A stretch of 24,000 nucleotides of DNA from Escherichia coli. Its GTDB lineage: Bacteria > Pseudomonadota > Gammaproteobacteria > Enterobacterales > Enterobacteriaceae. The translations under genes and the position numbers were made by a program. This document shows, in pieces, positions 10,879-23,652 of this stretch (the first letter of the stretch is position 1; every line of letters starts with the position of its first letter). The stretch lies in the NCBI RefSeq assembly GCF_916098175.1, contig NZ_OU701449.1. The stretch is one strand, 5' to 3'. The notes beneath the pieces were generated by a model. That model was given only the letters and a program-made list of their open reading frames with translations, ran no database searches and was not told the DNA's origin.

Positions 10879-13104
10879 ATGCGGTGGATCCTGTTCATCC
10901 TCTTCTGCCTGCTGGGCGCACCTGCCCACGCGGTATCCATACCCGGCGTTACAACCACAACGACAACGGACTCAACGACTGAACCGGCCCCGGAACCGGA
11001 TATCGAACAAAAAAAAGCGGCCTATGGCGCACTGGCGGATGTGCTGGATAATGACACCTCGCGTAAAGAGTTGATCGACCAGTTGCGCACCGTCGCCGCG
11101 ACGCCCCCTGCGGAACCCGTACCGAAGATCGTGCCGCCGACGCTGGTTGAAGAGCAAACCGTGCTGCAAAAAGTCACCGAAGTCAGCCGCCATTATGGTG
11201 AAGCCCTTTCCGCCCGCTTCGGACAACTTTATCGCAATATCACCGGCTCCCCGCATAAGCCGTTTAATCCACAAACCTTCAGCAATGCGTTGACCCATTT
11301 TTCAATGTTAGCGGTATTAGTGTTTGGTTTTTACTGGCTGATTCGTCTGTGCGCACTGCCGCTGTATCGCAAAATGGGCCAGTGGGCGCGGCAAAAAAAT
11401 CGCGAACGCAGCAACTGGTTGCAGCTTCCGGCGATGATTATCGGGGCGTTTATTATCGACCTGCTGTTACTGGCACTGACATTATTTGTCGGTCAGGTTT
11501 TAAGCGACAACCTGAATGCGGGCAGTCGCACCATCGCTTTCCAACAAAGTTTGTTTCTCAGCGCCTTTGCCCTGATTGAATTTTTCAAAGCCGTACTACG
11601 CCTGATTTTTTGCCCAAACGTGGCGGAACTGCGCCCGTTCACGATACAGGACGAGAGCGCCCGTTACTGGAGTCGCCGCCTGAGCTGGTTAAGCAGTTTG
11701 ATAGGTTATGGCCTGATTGTGGCCGTGCCGATTATCTCTAATCAGGTGAATGTACAAATTGGCGCGCTGGCGAACGTCATCATTATGCTGTGCATGACCA
11801 TCTGGGCGTTGTACCTGATCTTTCGTAATAAAAAAGAGATTACCCAACATTTGCTCAACTTTGCGGAGCATTCGCTGGCCTTTTTCAGCTTGTTTATCCG
11901 CGCCTTTGCGCTGGTGTGGCACTGGCTGGCAAGCGCCTATTTTATCGTGCTGTTTTTCTTTTCGTTGTTCGATCCGGGCAACAGCCTGAAATTTATGATG
12001 GGTGCAACGGTGCGCAGCCTGGCGATTATTGGTATCGCAGCATTTGTTTCCGGTATGTTTTCCCGCTGGCTGGCAAAAACCATCACCCTCTCGCCACATA
12101 CTCAGCGTAACTATCCAGAACTGCAAAAACGGTTGAATGGCTGGCTGTCGGCGGCGCTGAAAACGGCGCGTATTCTGACAGTCTGCGTGGCGGTAATGTT
12201 GCTGTTGAGCGCATGGGGATTGTTCGATTTCTGGAACTGGCTGCAAAACGGCGCGGGGCAGAAAACTGTAGATATCCTGATCCGTATCGCACTCATTCTT
12301 TTCTTCTCGGCGGTTGGCTGGACAGTGCTCGCCAGTTTGATCGAAAACCGGCTGGCTTCGGATATTCATGGCCGCCCGCTACCCAGCGCCCGTACGCGTA
12401 CCCTGCTGACGCTGTTTCGTAACGCGCTGGCGGTGATTATCAGTACCATCACCATCATGATTGTGTTGTCGGAAATCGGCGTCAATATCGCGCCATTGCT
12501 GGCAGGTGCCGGTGCATTGGGGCTGGCTATCTCTTTTGGTTCGCAAACGCTGGTGAAAGATATTATCACCGGGGTATTTATTCAGTTTGAAAACGGCATG
12601 AACACTGGAGATTTGGTGACTATCGGGCCGTTGACCGGCACTGTGGAACGGATGTCGATTCGCTCCGTGGGCGTGCGTCAGGATACCGGGGCGTATCACA
12701 TCATTCCGTGGTCTTCGATTACCACCTTTGCTAACTTTGTCCGCGGCATTGGTTCGGTAGTGGCAAATTACGATGTTGATCGCCATGAAGATGCTGATAA
12801 AGCCAATCAGGCACTGAAAGATGCGGTAACGGAATTGATGGAAAACGAAGATATTCGCGGGCTGATTATTGGTGAACCGAACTTTGCCGGGATTGTCGGC
12901 TTAAGCAATACCGCGTTTACACTGCGTGTTTCGTTCACCACGCTGCCACTCAAACAGTGGACGGTACGCTTTGCCCTCGACAGCCAGGTGAAAAAACATT
13001 TCGACCTGGCGGGCGTTCGCGCGCCAGTGCAGACTTATCAGGTGCTGCCTGCTCCGGGCGCGACCCCGGCTGCACCGCTGCCGCCGGGGGAGCCAACGCT
13101 TTAA
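10879..13104 (+). CDS. ybiO: Mechanosensitive channel of MscS family (YbiO/MscM-type)
   Basis: [23 protein letters not shown]... 741 aa with signal peptide, multiple TM helices and MscS core ([30 protein letters not shown]). ATG preceded by GGAGGAG; the track start at 10852 is 9 codons upstream. Confidence 0.96.
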   Translation: MRWILFILFCLLGAPAHAVSIPGVTTTTTTDSTTEPAPEPDIEQKKAAYGALADVLDNDTSRKELIDQLRTVAATPPAEPVPKIVPPTLVEEQTVLQKVTEVSRHYGEALSARFGQLYRNITGSPHKPFNPQTFSNALTHFSMLAVLVFGFYWLIRLCALPLYRKMGQWARQKNRERSNWLQLPAMIIGAFIIDLLLLALTLFVGQVLSDNLNAGSRTIAFQQSLFLSAFALIEFFKAVLRLIFCPNVAELRPFTIQDESARYWSRRLSWLSSLIGYGLIVAVPIISNQVNVQIGALANVIIMLCMTIWALYLIFRNKKEITQHLLNFAEHSLAFFSLFIRAFALVWHWLASAYFIVLFFFSLFDPGNSLKFMMGATVRSLAIIGIAAFVSGMFSRWLAKTITLSPHTQRNYPELQKRLNGWLSAALKTARILTVCVAVMLLLSAWGLFDFWNWLQNGAGQKTVDILIRIALILFFSAVGWTVLASLIENRLASDIHGRPLPSARTRTLLTLFRNALAVIISTITIMIVLSEIGVNIAPLLAGAGALGLAISFGSQTLVKDIITGVFIQFENGMNTGDLVTIGPLTGTVERMSIRSVGVRQDTGAYHIIPWSSITTFANFVRGIGSVVANYDVDRHEDADKANQALKDAVTELMENEDIRGLIIGEPNFAGIVGLSNTAFTLRVSFTTLPLKQWTVRFALDSQVKKHFDLAGVRAPVQTYQVLPAPGATPAAPLPPGEPTL

Positions 13105-14027
13105 CGTTGGCGATTAACAAAACGGCGGCGCTGCTCGTCGTTCATAAAGGTCCAGGCAATAAAGCGACTCTGCTTTTGCCCCTGGGCCATCTCTTTTTTA
13201 ACCACCTTCACCGCGCCCACGTCCGTCAGAGCACGATACAACGGCGGTAAGTTTTCACCACGAGATACCAGCGAGGTAAACCACATCACCTGCTTCGCGA
13301 AGCCTTTGCTCTCTTCAATCATCTTTTTGATAAAGGCGACTTCACCGCCTTCACACCACAACTCCTGTTGCTGACCACCAAAGTTCAGTGCATCGTCTTT
13401 GTTCAGCCCCAGGTTACGGCGTTTACGCTCACTACCTGCCCGCGCCGCAGCGGCGGAATCGTGGAATGGCGGGTTACACAAGGTCGCGTCGTATTGCTCG
13501 TTTTTATGGATAATGCCGTTAAAAATCGCCCCACTCTCTTTTTGCCGACGCAGACGAATGGCGCGGTTAAGCCCCGGATTAGCACTGATGATCGCCTGCA
13601 CACTGCTTAACGCCTGGCTGCTGGTTTCACTACCGGTAAAACGCCAGCCATATTCATGTACGCCAATCAGCGGATAAATACAGTTCGCACCAACGCCGAT
13701 ATCCAGAATGCTGGCATTCGCTGGAATTGTTCCGCTTGCTTCGGCCAGTAAATCGGCAAGGTGATGAATATAATCCGCCCGGCCCGGTACTGGTGGGCAG
13801 AGAAAACCGTCCGGGATATCCCAGTTCGCTACGGCGTAAAAATGGGCCAGCAACGCCTTATTGAGCGCCTTCACCGCCAGCGGATTGGCAAAGTCTACGC
13901 TTTGCTCCCCGGCGGGTGTAAGCGTGAGGAATTGCCTGAGTTCAGGATTGACCTGACAAAGCGTGGCGAGATCGTAGCGGCTGTGATGACGGTTGCGCGG
14001 ATGCAACCCCGGTTTCTGGGCGGACAT
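13101..14027 (-). CDS. rlmF: 23S rRNA m6A1618 methyltransferase RlmF (YbiN)
   Basis: [24 protein letters not shown]... with SAM-binding region [16 protein letters not shown] and NPPF motif. The 30 residues upstream in the track ORF lack family support. Confidence 0.95.
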   Translation of the reverse strand: MSAQKPGLHPRNRHHSRYDLATLCQVNPELRQFLTLTPAGEQSVDFANPLAVKALNKALLAHFYAVANWDIPDGFLCPPVPGRADYIHHLADLLAEASGTIPANASILDIGVGANCIYPLIGVHEYGWRFTGSETSSQALSSVQAIISANPGLNRAIRLRRQKESGAIFNGIIHKNEQYDATLCNPPFHDSAAAARAGSERKRRNLGLNKDDALNFGGQQQELWCEGGEVAFIKKMIEESKGFAKQVMWFTSLVSRGENLPPLYRALTDVGAVKVVKKEMAQGQKQSRFIAWTFMNDEQRRRFVNRQR

Positions 14028-14302
14028 AGCATTCTCCTTTAAGCAGCGGCGTAAGATACCCGCATAACGCGACAGGGTAAATATCTGGCTGCGTTTATCA
14101 TTTCTAAAAACCTTCACATGGCTATGGTTTATGGCAATTCACCATAAAAATCATCATCATGCATGTTATTGATTTGTCTTATTTTGTAAAAATATATCGT
14201 TCAAAAAATAAGCGCATCTCTGTCAATTTTTTGCGTCATTTTCATCGCGCAGGCGACCTACACTTATCTGGCACTACCCGTTGTATTTATGAGGATGTCA
14301 TT

Positions 14303-14563
14303 ATGAAAAAGTGCCTCACACTACTGATTGCCACCGTCCTGAGCGGAATCTCTCTCACGGCTTATGCCGCGCAACCGATGAGTAACCTGGACAGCGGTCA
14401 GCTACGGCCCGCCGGTACCGTTTCGGCAACTGGCGCATCAAACCTAAGCGATCTGGAGGATAAACTGGCAGAAAAAGCGCGCGAGCAAGGCGCGAAAGGT
14501 TATGTCATTAATTCCGCAGGCGGAAATGACCAGATGTTCGGTACTGCAACCATCTACAAATAA
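14303..14563 (+). CDS. mcbA: Periplasmic DUF1471/YhcN-family protein McbA (YbiM)
   Basis: MKKCLTLLIATVLSGISLTAYAAQPMSNLDSGQLRPAGTVSATGASNLSDLEDKLAEKAREQGAKGYVINSAGGNDQMFGTATIYK, 86 aa with signal peptide. The track start at 14159 is too far upstream. Confidence 0.94.
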   Translation: MKKCLTLLIATVLSGISLTAYAAQPMSNLDSGQLRPAGTVSATGASNLSDLEDKLAEKAREQGAKGYVINSAGGNDQMFGTATIYK

Positions 14564-14698
14564 CCCCACCAACGTAACTGCATTCGCCTCTGGATGCAGT
14601 TTTCGCCTGTTTTGTAATCAAAAAACATCAAATATGAACGCAATGTAAATAAATGTATTTCTTTTTCGCGCAATGGGTGATAGAAAATCGCGCCAAGT

Positions 14699-14726
14699 GA
14701 TAATGCTTATCAAAATTATTATCACT
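14699..14726 (+). promoter_or_regulatory. Fur box upstream of fiu
   Basis: GATAATGCTTATCAAAATTATTATCACT resembles the Fur consensus GATAATGATAATCATTATC and lies about 100 nt upstream of a TonB-dependent siderophore receptor. Confidence 0.75.
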
Positions 14727-14827
14727 TGCACGAACACTATCACGAGATTAACAGTGGCATCGCATCCGCAGAGAGGCTTTCTCGTGGCAGTGAAAATTTC
14801 AACATATAAGAAAAAGTCACCTGCAAA

Positions 14828-17110
14828 ATGGAAAACAATCGCAATTTCCCTGCCAGACAATTTCATTCGCTCACGTTCTTTGCCGGTCTTTGTATTGGTA
14901 TTACGCCTGTGGCACAGGCACTCGCCGCCGAAGGGCAAGCTAACGCGGATGACACGCTGGTTGTCGAAGCATCAACGCCTTCGCTTTATGCGCCACAACA
15001 ATCTGCAGATCCGAAATTCTCGCGTCCGGTAGCGAATACTACCCGCACGATGACGGTGATTTCTGAACAAGTGATTAAAGATCAGGGCGCAACCAACCTT
15101 ACCGACGCACTCAAAAACGTCCCCGGCGTGGGTGCGTTTTTTGCGGGTGAGAACGGTAACTCCACCACTGGCGACGCCATTTATATGCGCGGTGCTGATA
15201 CCTCTAACAGTATTTATATTGATGGCATTCGCGATATCGGCAGCGTCTCGCGCGACACCTTCAATACCGAGCAGGTCGAAGTGATTAAAGGGCCGTCCGG
15301 CACCGACTACGGGCGCAGCGCACCGACAGGCTCGATCAATATGATCAGCAAGCAGCCGCGCAATGATTCCGGCATTGACGCCTCCGCCAGTATTGGTAGC
15401 GCCTGGTTCCGCCGCGGCACGCTGGACGTCAATCAGGTCATTGGTGATACCACCGCGGCGCGCCTGAATGTGATGGGCGAAAAAACGCACGATGCCGGAC
15501 GCGACAAAGTCAAAAATGAGCGTTACGGCATCGCCCCTTCTGTCGCTTTTGGCCTTGGTACAGCGAATCGTTTGTATCTTAATTATCTGCATGTCACCCA
15601 GCACAACACGCCAGACGGCGGCATTCCGACCATCGGTTTGCCGGGCTATTCTGCCCCATCTGCGGGAACGGCGGCCCTGAATCATTCCGGAAAAGTTGAT
15701 ACGCATAACTTTTACGGCACGGATTCCGATTACGACGATTCGACCACCGACACCGCTACCATGCGTTTTGAGCACGACATCAACGATAACACCACCATTC
15801 GCAATACTACCCGTTGGTCGCGCGTGAAGCAGGATTACCTGATGACGGCGATTATGGGTGGGGCGTCGAATATTACCCAGCCCACCAGCGATGTGAATAG
15901 CTGGACCTGGTCACGCACGGCGAATACTAAAGATGTGAGTAATAAAATTCTCACCAACCAGACCAACCTGACCTCGACGTTCTATACCGCTTCTATCGGT
16001 CATGATGTCAGTACCGGCGTGGAATTTACCCGTGAAACGCAGACTAACTACGGCGTTAATCCGGTGACGTTACCTGCGGTAAATATTTATCATCCTGACA
16101 GCAGCATTCATCCCGGCGGCCTGACGCGCAACGGCGCAAACGCCAATGGTCAGACGGATACCTTCGCAATTTACGCCTTCGATACGCTGCAAATCACCCG
16201 TGATTTTGAGCTGAACGGCGGGATCCGTCTGGATAATTATCATACTGAATATGACAGTGCCACCGCCTGCGGCGGCAGCGGACGCGGTGCCATCACCTGC
16301 CCAGCTGGTGTGGCAAAAGGTTCTCCGGTCACCACCGTCGACACCGCCAAGTCGGGCAATCTGGTGAACTGGAAAGCCGGGGCGCTGTATCACCTGACGG
16401 AAAACGGTAATGTCTATATTAACTATGCCGTTTCCCAGCAGCCTCCGGGCGGCAACAACTTCGCCCTTGCGCAGTCTGGCAGCGGTAACAGTGCCAACCG
16501 CACCGATTTTAAACCGCAAAAAGCCAACACCAGCGAGATTGGCACCAAATGGCAGGTTCTGGATAAACGCCTGTTGCTCACCGCCGCGCTGTTCCGTACT
16601 GATATCGAAAATGAAGTTGAGCAAAATGATGACGGAACTTACTCGCAATACGGTAAGAAACGCGTCGAAGGCTATGAGATATCCGTGGCCGGGAATATCA
16701 CTCCCGCGTGGCAGGTGATTGGCGGCTATACCCAGCAAAAAGCAACCATCAAAAACGGCAAAGATGTTGCCCAGGATGGTTCCTCATCGCTGCCGTATAC
16801 CCCGGAGCACGCCTTTACCTTATGGAGCCAGTATCAGGCAACCGATGATATTTCCGTTGGTGCGGGCGCACGCTATATCGGCAGTATGCATAAAGGTTCT
16901 GACGGCGCGGTGGGAACGCCAGCGTTTACCGAAGGTTATTGGGTCGCCGACGCTAAACTGGGGTATCGGGTTAATCGCAATCTCGACTTCCAGCTAAACG
17001 TCTACAACCTGTTTGATACCGATTACGTCGCCTCAATCAACAAGAGCGGCTACCGTTATCACCCGGGCGAGCCAAGAACCTTCTTGCTCACGGCCAATAT
17101 GCATTTCTGA
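14828..17110 (+). CDS. fiu: TonB-dependent catecholate siderophore receptor Fiu
   Basis: 760 aa; TonB box DDTLVVEA, plug domain, C-terminal beta-barrel ending [34 protein letters not shown]. Confidence 0.98.
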   Translation: MENNRNFPARQFHSLTFFAGLCIGITPVAQALAAEGQANADDTLVVEASTPSLYAPQQSADPKFSRPVANTTRTMTVISEQVIKDQGATNLTDALKNVPGVGAFFAGENGNSTTGDAIYMRGADTSNSIYIDGIRDIGSVSRDTFNTEQVEVIKGPSGTDYGRSAPTGSINMISKQPRNDSGIDASASIGSAWFRRGTLDVNQVIGDTTAARLNVMGEKTHDAGRDKVKNERYGIAPSVAFGLGTANRLYLNYLHVTQHNTPDGGIPTIGLPGYSAPSAGTAALNHSGKVDTHNFYGTDSDYDDSTTDTATMRFEHDINDNTTIRNTTRWSRVKQDYLMTAIMGGASNITQPTSDVNSWTWSRTANTKDVSNKILTNQTNLTSTFYTASIGHDVSTGVEFTRETQTNYGVNPVTLPAVNIYHPDSSIHPGGLTRNGANANGQTDTFAIYAFDTLQITRDFELNGGIRLDNYHTEYDSATACGGSGRGAITCPAGVAKGSPVTTVDTAKSGNLVNWKAGALYHLTENGNVYINYAVSQQPPGGNNFALAQSGSGNSANRTDFKPQKANTSEIGTKWQVLDKRLLLTAALFRTDIENEVEQNDDGTYSQYGKKRVEGYEISVAGNITPAWQVIGGYTQQKATIKNGKDVAQDGSSSLPYTPEHAFTLWSQYQATDDISVGAGARYIGSMHKGSDGAVGTPAFTEGYWVADAKLGYRVNRNLDFQLNVYNLFDTDYVASINKSGYRYHPGEPRTFLLTANMHF

Positions 17111-17117
17111 TTCAGAT

Positions 17118-17140
17118 GTGGGGCGCAGGCCCCACTTTTT
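17118..17140 (+). terminator. Intrinsic terminator-like hairpin between fiu and ybiX
   Basis: GTGGGGC-gcag-GCCCCAC followed by TTTTT, immediately before the ybiX Shine-Dalgarno GGAGAA. Confidence 0.85.
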
Positions 17141-17151
17141 GGAGAACTTGT

Positions 17152-17829
17152 ATGATGTACCACATTCCCGGCGTGCTATCGCCAAAGGACGTCGCCCGTT
17201 TTCGCGAACAACTGGAACAAGCCGAATGGGTGGATGGACGCGTCACCACCGGCGCACAAGGTGCGCAAGTTAAGAACAATCAACAGGTAGACACCCGCAG
17301 CACGTTATACGCCGCCCTGCAAAATGAGGTGCTGAACGCGGTTAACCAACATGCTTTGTTCTTTGCCGCGGCCTTGCCGCGTACCCTTTCCACGCCGCTG
17401 TTTAATCGCTATCAGAACAATGAAACTTATGGTTTTCATGTGGATGGCGCAGTACGCAGTCACCCACAAAACGGCTGGATGCGCACTGACCTTTCTGCCA
17501 CGCTGTTTTTAAGCGATCCACAAAGCTACGATGGCGGCGAACTGGTCGTTAATGACACCTTCGGGCAACATCGGGTAAAACTTCCGGCAGGCGATCTGGT
17601 GTTGTATCCCTCCAGCAGCTTGCATTGCGTGACACCCGTAACCCGCGGCGTACGAGTGGCATCATTTATGTGGATCCAGTCGATGATCCGTGATGATAAA
17701 AAGCGCGCCATGCTGTTTGAACTGGACAACAATATTCAGTCGCTGAAAAGCCGCTACGGCGAAAGTGAAGAGATCCTGTCGCTGCTCAATCTTTATCATA
17801 ATCTGCTGCGGGAATGGTCGGAGATCTGA
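17152..17829 (+). CDS. ybiX: PKHD-type 2-oxoglutarate/Fe(II) hydroxylase YbiX (PiuC-like)
   Basis: [20 protein letters not shown]... 225 aa with HVDGAVR and [24 protein letters not shown] motifs. The track start at 17116 lies in the terminator hairpin region. Confidence 0.95.
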   Translation: MMYHIPGVLSPKDVARFREQLEQAEWVDGRVTTGAQGAQVKNNQQVDTRSTLYAALQNEVLNAVNQHALFFAAALPRTLSTPLFNRYQNNETYGFHVDGAVRSHPQNGWMRTDLSATLFLSDPQSYDGGELVVNDTFGQHRVKLPAGDLVLYPSSSLHCVTPVTRGVRVASFMWIQSMIRDDKKRAMLFELDNNIQSLKSRYGESEEILSLLNLYHNLLREWSEI

Positions 17830-17902
17830 CGCTTGAACTGCCCGAGTTCGTCCCTATATTAGCTACACTTAACTGTACAAGTATTGATATGGGGAGGACG
17901 AT

Positions 17903-18169
17903 ATGGCATCCGGTTGGGCTAACGATGACGCCGTCAACGAACAGATCAACAGTACAATTGAAGATGCGATTGCCCGCGCTCGGGGTGAAATTCCGCGTGG
18001 CGAAAGCCTGTATGAATGTGAAGAGTGCGGAGCCCCCATCCCGCAAGCCCGTCGGGAAGCCATTCCTGGTGTGCGCTTATGCATTCATTGTCAGCAGGAG
18101 AAAGATTTACAAAAACCAGCTTATACAGGATATAATCGCAGAGGTTCGAAAGACAGCCAGTTACGTTAA
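17903..18169 (+). CDS. ybiI: DksA/TraR-family zinc-finger protein YbiI
   Basis: 88 aa with C4 zinc finger CEECGAPIPQARREAIPGVRLCIHCQ. Confidence 0.95.
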   Translation: MASGWANDDAVNEQINSTIEDAIARARGEIPRGESLYECEECGAPIPQARREAIPGVRLCIHCQQEKDLQKPAYTGYNRRGSKDSQLR

Positions 18170-18433
18170 CTACAACTGGCGGGATGTATAGCGAGTATAA
18201 TTTGTATTTTGCGTGGCATTCCGTGCCTTTAACGCTGTCGTGACTGCCACGCTGCATAAAACAAGTCCATAAGTTCAACAAATAAATGGATTATCAGTAT
18301 GTTAGATATCAATCAATTTATTTGAACAAGGCGGTCAATTCTCTTCGATTTTATCTCTCGAAAAAAAACGTGATACTCATCACATCGACGAAACAACGTC
18401 ACTTATACAAAAATCACCTGCGAGAGATTAATT

Positions 18434-18694
18434 ATGAAAACTATCAATACTGTTGTTGCTGCTATGGCTCTTTCAACTCTGTCATTTGGCGTGTTTGCCG
18501 CGGAACCGGTAACGGCATCCCAGGCACAGAACATGAATAAAATCGGCGTGGTTTCTGCCGATGGCGCATCCACCCTCGATGCCCTGGAAGCGAAACTGGC
18601 TGAGAAAGCTGCGGCAGCTGGGGCGAGTGGATACAGCATCACTTCTGCCACCAACAACAATAAATTAAGCGGTACTGCGGTAATTTATAAGTAA
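18434..18694 (+). CDS. ybiJ: Periplasmic DUF1471/YhcN-family protein YbiJ
   Basis: MKTINTVVAAMALSTLSFGVFAAEPVTASQ...GYSITSATNNNKLSGTAVIYK, 86 aa with signal peptide. Confidence 0.95.
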   Translation: MKTINTVVAAMALSTLSFGVFAAEPVTASQAQNMNKIGVVSADGASTLDALEAKLAEKAAAAGASGYSITSATNNNKLSGTAVIYK

Positions 18695-18698
18695 TTCG

Positions 18699-18731
18699 TA
18701 AGCCGGATCAGGCGTTTACGCTACGTCCAGC
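18699..18731. repeat. REP-like sequence downstream of ybiJ
   Basis: GTAAGCCGGATCAGGCGTTTACGCTACGTCCAGC resembles a degenerate REP unit (GCCGGAT...GGCGT...ACGC). Confidence 0.55.
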
Positions 18732-18805
18732 ACAAGTATTTCCCTGTCTGTTTGCCGACAGACGCATATGCTCTAACCCTCATTGATCCTATGTTACCCT
18801 TGTTT

Positions 18806-18833
18806 GCCCGTCCGCCACTGGACGGGCTTTTTT

Positions 18834-18835
<2 letters not shown>
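18806..18835. terminator. Terminator between convergent ybiJ and ybiC
   Basis: GCCCGTCC-gccact-GGACGGGC followed by TTTTTTTT. Confidence 0.85.
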
Positions 18836-20011
<1,176 letters not shown>

Positions 20012-20012
20012 T

Positions 20013-20054
<42 letters not shown>

Positions 20055-20059
20055 GAAAA

Positions 20060-21022
<963 letters not shown>

Positions 21023-21049
21023 TTACGACTCCTTACCTGACTCACATCA

Positions 21050-23200
21050 TTAACGCCGCCGACGGCGTGGGGATTTCGTTTTTTCTTTCTTTTTAACTAT
21101 ACCTTCAGGGACTTCCGGTTGCTCTATCGGAAATACCGGTAATGCATCCAGTAGCCGCTTGCCGTAGTTTTTGGTGAGCAAGCGTTTATCGTAAATCACC
21201 ACTTCGCCCCAGCAACCGTGGCTTCGAATCAGTCGCCCAACCTGCTGAATCAGGTTAAACGAGGCGCTCGGCAGGCTTTGCACCTCAAACGGATAGCGGT
21301 TGAGGCTTTTCAGCCATTCCCCTTCGGTGATCACCACGGGGCTGTCGATGGGCGGAAAAGCGATTTTGTGGATATGCACCTGGCTGAGCAGATCGCCTTT
21401 CAGATCAAGCCCTTCGGCAAATGACTGTAAGCCCACCAGCACGCTGCGCTCACCGTTGCCGACGCGTTTGCGGTGCAGTTCAACTAAACGGTAACGCGGC
21501 TGATCGCCCTGCACCAGCAACATCAGGCGTAAATCCGTCACATAGTCGAGAAACCGCTGCATCGCCCGTCCGCTGGCAAACAGTACCAACATACCGAGAT
21601 GTTTTTTGCTCTCCACCTGCTCACGGAAAAAGGCTGCCATTTCAGCAATGTGCTGCTCTTCGTTGTCGATGGAAGGCTCAAAGCGCATCCGGGGAATAAC
21701 AATTTTGCCCTGTTCGCAGTGGTTAAAGGGCGAATCCAGCGCCACAAAGCGGTCGCCCGCTTTCTCTTTCAGACCACTCATCTCCTGCAAACGCGAAAAA
21801 CTGTTCAGCGAACGTAAGGTCGCGGAAGTGACAATAATGTGCGGAATACTGCGCCACAGCAGCCTTTCCAGCTGATCGCTGACACGAATACCCACACAGT
21901 GAAACCAGAGATGCAGCTGCCCTTCGCGCTCTTCCCGCGTCGCCCATTTGGTCACCGGCGCACCGGAAGATTGCGCCAGAGACGCCAGCCGCCAGAGTTT
22001 GCTTTGCGCCTCGAACATCCCCAGCGCGCGATTCATCTGCAAAATCAACCGATGCAGACGTACAATGTCATGGCTGCCGGTTTTCTCACTTAAATCGTTA
22101 AGAAATAACTCCGCCAGGCCACGCAGCATCTCGGTGAGTTTTGCCAGCCGCTGGCAGATCTCCAGCACTTCATCTGGCAGTTCGCCCATCGCAAAACGGT
22201 GCTCTGCCTCCTGCCCGGCAGGCATGTAGAGATTGAGAATGTTGTTTAACGAGGCGATAAGCTCATACAACTCTTCACAATGCGCATTCAAACGTTCAGG
22301 GATCGCCAGCGGCGGGATGGTCTTCGGGCGAAACTGCTCCATGCAGGTAGCGACCAGTTTCGTGAACAAGTCCAACTGTAGTCGATACCACGGCGCGGTG
22401 ATTTCGGCACTCATCTCCAGCGCATCCCGCGCCACATCTGGCAGGTGATGACCTTCGTCCAGCACCAGCAGCAAATTTTTCGGGTCAGGCAATACGGCTT
22501 CGCTTTCCATCGCCGCCATCACCAGCGCATGGTTTGCCACCACCACTTCCGCTTCCTGAATCTCCCGACGAGCGACAAAAAACGGGCATTCGCGATAGTA
22601 ATAACAGTTGCGGTTGAGGCAGCTGGCTTTGTCGGTACTTAAACGACGCCAGAGATCGTCATCTATAGCGATATCAGTATGATCGCGCAGACCATCCCAT
22701 TTATAAGTGTCGAGATCGCCCTTCAGCTTCGCACAACGTTTTTGCTCTTCCTGATTATTTGGCGTCAGTTCGTCGTCAAGAAACGCCAGCAGATCCTGTT
22801 GCGTGGGTTCAGTGCTGGCGAGCGCCGTCAGATTACGCGGGCAAACGTAGCGCCCACGCCCAAAAGCGGCAGTGAATTTAAGATCGGGAATGATCTTTTT
22901 CAGCAGCGGTAAATCTTTGCTGTAGATCTGATCCTGCAATGCCACGTTGGCGGTACTCACCACCAGCGTTTTTTGCTCTTCGCGGGCAATGGCGATGCCG
23001 GGAATCAAATAAGAGAGCGTTTTCCCAACGCCGGTGGGGGCTTCAATCGCCAGATGCCGCCCTTCTTCTCCGGCCAGCGTTTTGGCGACGTCCGCAATCA
23101 TCTGCCGCTGCGGCGCACGGGGAATAAAGTCGGGGATCTGTTCCTGAAGCGCCTTATACCAGGCGGCAATTTGCGCTTTAAGCGCGGCGGTTAATGCCAT
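21050..23200 (-). CDS. dinG: ATP-dependent DNA helicase DinG (XPD-like, Fe-S)
   Basis: 716 aa; Walker A EAPTGVGKTLSYL, cysteines CPRNL...CAKLKG...CLNRNCYYYRECPFF for the Fe-S cluster, DEGHHLPD, QQVGRLIRS-type motif VGRLIRSHGCWGEV. Confidence 0.97.
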   Translation of the reverse strand: MALTAALKAQIAAWYKALQEQIPDFIPRAPQRQMIADVAKTLAGEEGRHLAIEAPTGVGKTLSYLIPGIAIAREEQKTLVVSTANVALQDQIYSKDLPLLKKIIPDLKFTAAFGRGRYVCPRNLTALASTEPTQQDLLAFLDDELTPNNQEEQKRCAKLKGDLDTYKWDGLRDHTDIAIDDDLWRRLSTDKASCLNRNCYYYRECPFFVARREIQEAEVVVANHALVMAAMESEAVLPDPKNLLLVLDEGHHLPDVARDALEMSAEITAPWYRLQLDLFTKLVATCMEQFRPKTIPPLAIPERLNAHCEELYELIASLNNILNLYMPAGQEAEHRFAMGELPDEVLEICQRLAKLTEMLRGLAELFLNDLSEKTGSHDIVRLHRLILQMNRALGMFEAQSKLWRLASLAQSSGAPVTKWATREEREGQLHLWFHCVGIRVSDQLERLLWRSIPHIIVTSATLRSLNSFSRLQEMSGLKEKAGDRFVALDSPFNHCEQGKIVIPRMRFEPSIDNEEQHIAEMAAFFREQVESKKHLGMLVLFASGRAMQRFLDYVTDLRLMLLVQGDQPRYRLVELHRKRVGNGERSVLVGLQSFAEGLDLKGDLLSQVHIHKIAFPPIDSPVVITEGEWLKSLNRYPFEVQSLPSASFNLIQQVGRLIRSHGCWGEVVIYDKRLLTKNYGKRLLDALPVFPIEQPEVPEGIVKKKEKTKSPRRRRR

Positions 23201-23214
23201 GAGAAAACCTGAAA

Positions 23215-23234
23215 TACTGTATAAACAGCCAATA
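23215..23234 (-). promoter_or_regulatory. LexA (SOS) box upstream of dinG
   Basis: Minus strand TATTGGCTGTTTATACAGTA matches TACTG(TA)5CAGTA with TTG instead of the left CTG; 15 nt upstream of the dinG ATG. Confidence 0.8.
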
Positions 23235-23370
23235 TTGTGGCATTTTTCGGTTTTCAGGGGTAATGGTTTTTCTGTTTCTGGAAAGCGGCTCGCAATAACG
23301 TTTTCCGGATGTGAAGTTTTCTCGCGGCAGAAGAAACATCATTGTGCAGCAAAAGACATTGTACATCAGC

Positions 23371-23652
23371 TTATTCCGCTGGCGGCCATTGCAGAGCGGT
23401 ATGTAAAACACGCAGTACCGAGAGCGTATCGCCCTCCACTTGATAGACAAGCACATAATGCGGCCTGACAACGGCTTCATGTGTACCAGCGACTCGTCCG
23501 GCCCGGTACATCTCCGGGCGTTCACAGGCCTGTTCCGCAATGGCTTCAAATTGATTATCAAGGGCTATTGCCGCTAGCGGATTATCTTTACTGATGTATT
23601 CCATGATTTGCTCCCTGTCAGACAGGGACATTGGCTTCCATTCCAGACGCAT
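23371..23652 (-). CDS. RelE/ParE superfamily toxin
   Basis: 93 aa MRLEWKPMSLSDREQIMEYISKDNPLAAIALDNQFEAIAEQACERPEMYRAGRVAGTHEAVVRPHYVLVYQVEGDTLSVLRVLHTALQWPPAE. Typical ParE/RelE layout with I-YI-xxNP-A, P-RxGR, HY-LVY and L-HTxxxWP. The start overlaps the upstream ORF by 1 nt (TAATG). Confidence 0.88.
   Translation of the reverse strand: MRLEWKPMSLSDREQIMEYISKDNPLAAIALDNQFEAIAEQACERPEMYRAGRVAGTHEAVVRPHYVLVYQVEGDTLSVLRVLHTALQWPPAE

Noticed and set aside
11689-12369. 226 aa minus-strand ORF inside ybiO
   Set aside because: Antisense to the recognised MscS-family gene, no family resemblance, and a biased composition rich in Gln, His and Arg expected of a shadow frame.
14159-14302. 48-residue N-terminal extension of mcbA in the ORF track
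   Set aside because: The signal peptide starts at MKKCLTLLIATVLSG (14303) with SD GAGG; upstream residues would bury it.
14972-16738. Long minus-strand ORFs opposite fiu (267 aa at 14972-15775 and 222 aa at 16070-16738)
   Set aside because: Shadow ORFs antisense to a well-recognised TonB-dependent receptor, with low-complexity and Arg-rich translations and no recognisable domain.
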